Below, one piece after another: positions 59,472-64,000 of a stretch of 64,000 nucleotides of DNA. A model generated the notes under the pieces. It was given only the letters and a program-made list of their open reading frames with translations, had not been told where the DNA came from and made no database searches. Source of the stretch: Candidatus Hydrogenedentota bacterium (GTDB lineage: Bacteria > Hydrogenedentota > Hydrogenedentia > Hydrogenedentales > GCA-2746185); the NCBI GenBank assembly GCA_046583315.1, contig JAYGCN010000067.1, positions 1,093-65,092 of the forward strand, read 5' to 3'. The position numbers and the translations under genes are program-made. Every line of letters begins with the position of its first letter. The stretch's first letter is position 1.

Positions 59472-60041
59472 CTATTTACGCATCATGGGCAACGGATTCC
59501 ACGGATGGGTGACCATGTATCCACTGAGACCCTTTGCAAGCGCCCAGTGAACTCCGTGGTCCGGAAATGCTTTCTTGACGCTCGATACAAACGGTTTTGG
59601 CAGTCCGCTCGCTTGCATACCGAGTGTCACATCGACGAGATCGGCGCGGCGAAACGCTTCCACCAGGCTGGCGTGATCGCTCGTGTACACCGATAACTTG
59701 TGATGGTACTCAATCATCCGATCCACTTCGGGTGCCCAATCGTTGAGCCCTCGTTCATCCAGCCACTGCGCGGCGTGCGCTCTCGACGGGTCAAGATAAT
59801 GCATTGTCTTGTTTAGCCAGATACCAACATCATGAAAACAGGCGGCTACCGCAATGCGATCCTCAATCTCCTGAGGTTTGCCGTAGCTGTTTAAATCGTC
59901 GTCCTGTTGATCAAGGAGTGCGCAGGTGAAATTGAGCACACGACAGACGTGGCCCTTGTAGGCTTCATAGGCGCTACCCAGTGGAAGTCGCCATGGCAGG
60001 AAAATGCGTTCTACCTGATCGTTTCGTTCAATAAGATGCAT
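59472..60041 (-). CDS. HD-domain metal-dependent phosphohydrolase
   Basis: YKGHVCRV, FHDVGIW, YHHK, EAFRRADLVD. Confidence 0.85.
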   Translation of the reverse strand: MHLIERNDQVERIFLPWRLPLGSAYEAYKGHVCRVLNFTCALLDQQDDDLNSYGKPQEIEDRIAVAACFHDVGIWLNKTMHYLDPSRAHAAQWLDERGLNDWAPEVDRMIEYHHKLSVYTSDHASLVEAFRRADLVDVTLGMQASGLPKPFVSSVKKAFPDHGVHWALAKGLSGYMVTHPWNPLPMMRK

Positions 60042-60074
60042 GGCATCATGCTAGATCGACACGCACGGAAAAGC

Positions 60075-60112
60075 AAAAAAAAGACCGCACCCAGTGGCAG
60101 CCCGGTGCGGCC
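60075..60112 (-). terminator. Rho-independent terminator
   Basis: Minus strand ggccgcacc...ggtgcggtc stem followed by T8 (A run at 60075-60082). Confidence 0.8.
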
Positions 60113-60190
60113 CTCCAATCAACCCCAAGGGTATGCCATCTTTCGATAGCGATTGGATAATGCGACCTGTGGTAACGGTGGGGTCGGGGG

Positions 60191-60361
60191 TTACCCGCTA
60201 ATCAGTACCCAGGTACGCGTGTAGAACATCATGCCAACGAAGCTAATCGTAGGCAAATAGTAGATGGCGGAAACTTTCTGTTTGCACAATGTGGTCAGGT
60301 ACCACATTTTCACTCGCGAGTGCGTGATGGTTCTTTTTGGCGTCTTCTTTGAATTCCACAT
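60191..60361 (-). CDS. Putative 56-aa small protein under a sigma54 promoter
   Basis: GAGG about 8 nt before ATG 60361; MWNSKKTPKRTITHSRVKMWYLTTLCKQKVSAIYYLPTISFVGMMFYTRTWVLISG*. Confidence 0.55.
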   Translation of the reverse strand: MWNSKKTPKRTITHSRVKMWYLTTLCKQKVSAIYYLPTISFVGMMFYTRTWVLISG

Positions 60362-60410
60362 GTTGGCTGCCTCGTTTCAGCTACGGTTTAGTTAATTATT
60401 GACAACTATA

Positions 60411-60427
60411 AGCAAACCGCATGCCAA
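60411..60427 (-). promoter_or_regulatory. Sigma54 (-24/-12) promoter
   Basis: TTGGCATGCGGTTTGCT versus consensus TGGCACGNNNNTTGCW: one mismatch, exact GG-N10-GC spacing. Confidence 0.8.
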
Positions 60428-60493
60428 TTATTGTAAAATACGCAATATATAGTATATTTGAAGATCCTTAACCACTTTGAGTAGAATCCTCTT

Positions 60494-60542
60494 ACAATTT
60501 TGTCCAAGTACGCGAGCTCTACTCAGCCGTGCACATTTTTGT
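60494..60542. promoter_or_regulatory. Two candidate enhancer (bEBP) sites
   Basis: Near-palindromes ACAATTTTGT (60494-60503) and ACATTTTTGT (60533-60542) upstream of the sigma54 box. Confidence 0.45.
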
Positions 60543-60623
60543 ACGGATCCACATCGGCAGCCTGTTGGGGCCGCAGAGAATACATGGTATGATGGGTTTC
60601 GCGCTTAAACCTCAGGGGGCACT

Positions 60624-61439
60624 ATGAAGCATAACCACACAGTCGCGTATCGCCTGTTGTCACTCGTCTTCGCTCTATCGATGCTTACGAGCTGCAAGAC
60701 ATCACAAAAGAGCGATATGCCGTCCGGGATAATTGAGATGCCACCTACCCCCATCGTTCACGCTCCATTTATTCCCGCGAATTTCGTGGCACGTGTGCAT
60801 TTCGATGAAGGTCGCTACAACAATCTTTTGGCTCCAACGACGCACGCCATCTGGGTGGACAAGAATATCTCCGAGGTTAAACTGGCGTATGAGCAAGAAT
60901 CAGGTGTTGAGCCTGTGCCGGAGGAGATGATTGCCGATGCAGGGATCATTTCAGATAATTTCCTGATCCTCGAATGCCATGTGGAGACGCTGTTTCCCGA
61001 TGCGAGCGTTGCGTATGACGTGTCGAGTCTGCGCAATCTGGATGTGTTCCTTCAAACCAGCGAAGGTCAGAACATCTTCCCCATTCAACAATTGGTGCTT
61101 AGCCCTGCCGACGAAGAACAGATCGGAGCGTTGAAACAATTCAATCGCACGAATTTGATTATTTTTCCGATGGTCGACATCATTACCGGTGAGCACACCT
61201 TTCCTTCAGGCAGCGGATCGGTCCGCCTCATGATTGAAGGATTCGGAAGCAGCTATTCGTTCAACTGGATAGCGCAGGAGTCGATTCCGTCGGAACCTGT
61301 GGTGGACACCCGGCCAAAGGATATGGCGGACGTGATTCGATGGCGCCCCAACGAGACAGAGACGTATCAGGTTCTAAAGGTGCGTTTCTCCGAGATGTAT
61401 ACGAAATTACGTGCATTGACCCATCTTCCGCAGGATTAG
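60624..61439 (+). CDS. Hypothetical lipoprotein
   Basis: Lipobox LTS-C after a hydrophobic stretch; RBS AGGGGG. Confidence 0.75.
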   Translation: MKHNHTVAYRLLSLVFALSMLTSCKTSQKSDMPSGIIEMPPTPIVHAPFIPANFVARVHFDEGRYNNLLAPTTHAIWVDKNISEVKLAYEQESGVEPVPEEMIADAGIISDNFLILECHVETLFPDASVAYDVSSLRNLDVFLQTSEGQNIFPIQQLVLSPADEEQIGALKQFNRTNLIIFPMVDIITGEHTFPSGSGSVRLMIEGFGSSYSFNWIAQESIPSEPVVDTRPKDMADVIRWRPNETETYQVLKVRFSEMYTKLRALTHLPQD

Positions 61440-61454
61440 GAAACGATTCTGAAA

Positions 61455-62186
61455 ATGCTTGCAGCAATAAAATTTGGCTTTACGGCCTTGGGCTTAGCTT
61501 TGATTACCTTGGGCATCGGCGGATTGGTCGTTTATACACAGGCCGAGAAATTCGCTTCGCGCTCGTTGTCCGAAATTCTGACTGATTCTTTCGCCGCCAC
61601 GGCCGAGGTGGAGTCCATCACCGTCGCGCCCACCAAAAAATCACTCATTCTGCATAACGTCAGCCTAAAAAATCCGATAGGCTTCAAAGAAGGCGACGCC
61701 ATAACGAGCAAACGCGTAATCGTGCGTGTCGATCCCTTCTCATTAATGACTTCCATGCCCGTGATTGAGCAGCTAACTTTCCTGGAAACCGAAGTGCATT
61801 TCCGCTACGAGGTGATGCAGGGCACCAATATCGGCACTCTGGCGAAACAACTGGAAGATTTTTCGGAGGTTGACCCGACACCCATCAAGTTTGTTGTCAA
61901 GAACATCCGTTGCAAGGATGCCAATGTTCAATTCAGTACGAATTTGATTCCGAAGGCGAAGATGGACATGAATCTGATGACGGTGGAACTAAACGATCTC
62001 AATGGTGACAATCCGGTCAACCCGTCGCAGATCGCATCGATTTTTCTGCGAGGCGTCATCAATGAAACGCTTACGCTGAACGGGTTGCTCTCTCCACTGG
62101 TCAAGCTTCTGCGCAAAGAATCGGTGGACGAATTGGAGCAGGCCGAACTCGAAGATCTCGTCGAGGAAGAAAAGCAGGCGAAGTGA
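61455..62186 (+). CDS. AsmA/DUF748-like membrane-anchored protein
   Basis: N-terminal TM, L.NVSLKNPIGF, VRVDPFSL, VIEQL, TNIGTL. Confidence 0.7.
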   Translation: MLAAIKFGFTALGLALITLGIGGLVVYTQAEKFASRSLSEILTDSFAATAEVESITVAPTKKSLILHNVSLKNPIGFKEGDAITSKRVIVRVDPFSLMTSMPVIEQLTFLETEVHFRYEVMQGTNIGTLAKQLEDFSEVDPTPIKFVVKNIRCKDANVQFSTNLIPKAKMDMNLMTVELNDLNGDNPVNPSQIASIFLRGVINETLTLNGLLSPLVKLLRKESVDELEQAELEDLVEEEKQAK

Positions 62187-63356
62187 TCAGGTTTTCGCCA
62201 ACGAACGCATCGCCAGGGAACTCATCAATTCGATGCCAATGGGCAGTGCTTCGTCACAGAAATTGAAGTGAGGACTGTGCAGTCCCGCGTGCCGTGTATT
62301 TGGATCGGGGTTGCTTCCCAGGAACAGGAACGCGCCCGGTTTTTGCTGCAGGTAGAACGCAAAGTCTTCTGATGCCATCGTCGCAAAGCGGGGTTCGTAT
62401 AAACGGTCATCGCCAAAAACCTCGCGCACCGTATCCTTAGCGAAGGCACTCATGGCGGGGTCGTTATTCAGGAAGGGGTAGGGTTCTCCATCAAATCTCA
62501 CATGCGCCACGGCGCGATGGGCTCGGGCGGTATGCTCCGCGATACGCGGGATGGCCTCGAATATATGTTTGCGGACCTCATCGCTGAGAGCGCGGAAGGT
62601 GCCTTCCATAATGGCGGTCTCCGGAATCACATTGGACGCGTGCCCCGCCTCAATACGCGCAACCGACAACACGGCCGGGTCCCAGGGATTGGTCTCGCGA
62701 CTAACGACCGACTGGAGTGCGCTTAGAATGTGCGCGGCGACCAATACGGGATCAACCCCCGAGGCCGGATCGGCTGCGTGGCATCCTTCACCCGTGACGG
62801 TGATGTTGAAAAAGTCTGCGCTGGCCATGGCGGGACCGCTCTTGATGCCTACCTGCCCGACTGGAAGCGAAGGCCAACAATGAAGCGCGAACACGCTGTC
62901 TACATCATCCAGAATACCTTCTTCGACGATGAGTCTCCCCCCCGCAGCCTGTTCTTCGGCGGGCTGAAATATGAGCTTGACCGTACCGCCCAACTCCCCT
63001 CGAAGTTGATTCAATACACGGGCCGTGCCGCAAAGACAGGCCATGTGGCCATCGTGTCCGCAGGCGTGCATGCGTTTGGGGATCGTGGAACGGTACTCGA
63101 CGCCCGTGTCTTCCTCAATTTCGAGCGCATCCATGTCACTGCGTAACGCCACCGTCTTCGAGCCTTCGCCCTTGATGGTGGCGATGATGCCCGTACCACG
63201 CGCGTGGCCTCGTGTGTGCTCAATTCCTTCGGCTTCGAGAAATTGTGCGATGCGATCGGAGGTCCACTGCTCTTCGAACCGAATCTCGGGATGTTGATGC
63301 AACTCGTGCCGGAGTGCCACCAACTCGGGCAGGGCTTTTCGGATGATTTCCTTCAC
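62187..63356 (-). CDS. M20D-family amidohydrolase
   Basis: RHELHQHPE, LRSDMDAL, MHACGHDGH, FQPAEE, SEDFAFY, LHSPHF. Confidence 0.95.
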   Translation of the reverse strand: MKEIIRKALPELVALRHELHQHPEIRFEEQWTSDRIAQFLEAEGIEHTRGHARGTGIIATIKGEGSKTVALRSDMDALEIEEDTGVEYRSTIPKRMHACGHDGHMACLCGTARVLNQLRGELGGTVKLIFQPAEEQAAGGRLIVEEGILDDVDSVFALHCWPSLPVGQVGIKSGPAMASADFFNITVTGEGCHAADPASGVDPVLVAAHILSALQSVVSRETNPWDPAVLSVARIEAGHASNVIPETAIMEGTFRALSDEVRKHIFEAIPRIAEHTARAHRAVAHVRFDGEPYPFLNNDPAMSAFAKDTVREVFGDDRLYEPRFATMASEDFAFYLQQKPGAFLFLGSNPDPNTRHAGLHSPHFNFCDEALPIGIELMSSLAMRSLAKT

Positions 63357-63430
63357 AACAGAATTTCTCCCTTTTTAGTTGGGTTCCATTATAGAACATG
63401 AAGGAGGCGCGGTCGAGTCCGGGTTTGCAG

Positions 63431-64000
63431 TTACGACCGTATTTCGGCACCGGCAATGTCGATAAGGCCGAATACGATGCTATAATCGGTGCCTATCTCT
63501 CGATCCCGTACGCGTACCCCCACATTCCACTTGTGGAGACGTCGCCGCACCTCATAGGTCTGTCGGGAGAGTTCCTTGCGATCCAGATCGTAGCGGTGGG
63601 CCACGGAGACGGACCATTGCGGCGAGAATTTGTAACCTGCACCGTAGAGAATTTCACGATTGATCCGCTCACCGTCAACGCGGGTCACGGTGTATCCGAG
63701 TTGCGCGTTCTTGCTGTTTTCAAATTTTCCGTCGTCGTAGAAAAGATAACTAAGCAGACTGGTCAGATCTTTTCCCGGTATGCCGACAACTTGATCCAGT
63801 TCGTGGGATTCACCTACCGCTCGCAGTCCCCACCACGGACGCGGGCGAATTTCCAGATCAACTTCGTAATCGGTCGCTTCTTGAGCGTTGTTGGATAGAT
63901 CATAGCCTTGATAAAACGCCAACCGCGCGACACGCCACGTCTGATCATCAATCGCGTTCCGACCCAGAATGATATTCTCGATTTTGCTTTCGATTCGCTC
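63431..64000 (-). CDS. lptD: C-terminal part of an outer-membrane beta-barrel, probably LPS-assembly protein LptD (5' end beyond the window)
   Basis: Frame open from 64000; amphipathic strands and KFSPQWSV..RYDL...YEVRRRLHKW, resembling LptD C-termini. Confidence 0.6.
   Translation of the reverse strand, partial: ERIESKIENIILGRNAIDDQTWRVARLAFYQGYDLSNNAQEATDYEVDLEIRPRPWWGLRAVGESHELDQVVGIPGKDLTSLLSYLFYDDGKFENSKNAQLGYTVTRVDGERINREILYGAGYKFSPQWSVSVAHRYDLDRKELSRQTYEVRRRLHKWNVGVRVRDREIGTDYSIVFGLIDIAGAEIRS

Overview
Gene-dense bacterial chromosomal window of moderately high GC from a diderm (TolB/TolA-like, KdsA/KdsD, LptD-like). Two planctomycete-type cytochrome c DUF1549/DUF1553 + DUF1501 pairs suggest a PVC- or Hydrogenedentota-like lineage (inference only). 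Most genes are ordinary envelope, signalling, efflux and lipid-catabolism genes. I saw no rRNA, tRNA, CRISPR array, transposase or phage module. The most notable observations: (1) a PilZ-TM-L,D-transpeptidase fusion transcribed divergently from a degenerate (HD->RD) HD-GYP protein; (2) an unannotated sigma54 transcription unit (near-perfect -24/-12 box, candidate enhancer sites, 56-codon ORF, terminator); (3) a 129-aa PD-(D/E)XK nuclease translationally coupled to a Dam-family methylase; (4) an ECF sigma/anti-sigma/secretin-like operon with three in-frame stops and no frameshifts, plus three more single-base lesions elsewhere (in-frame TGA, ATC start, A7 frameshift); (5) a ~1 kb element with nested inverted-repeat ends around a cargo ORF; (6) a TatA-like/J-domain fusion directly behind a rhomboid protease. 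All product calls come from motif recognition by eye; no database search was run.
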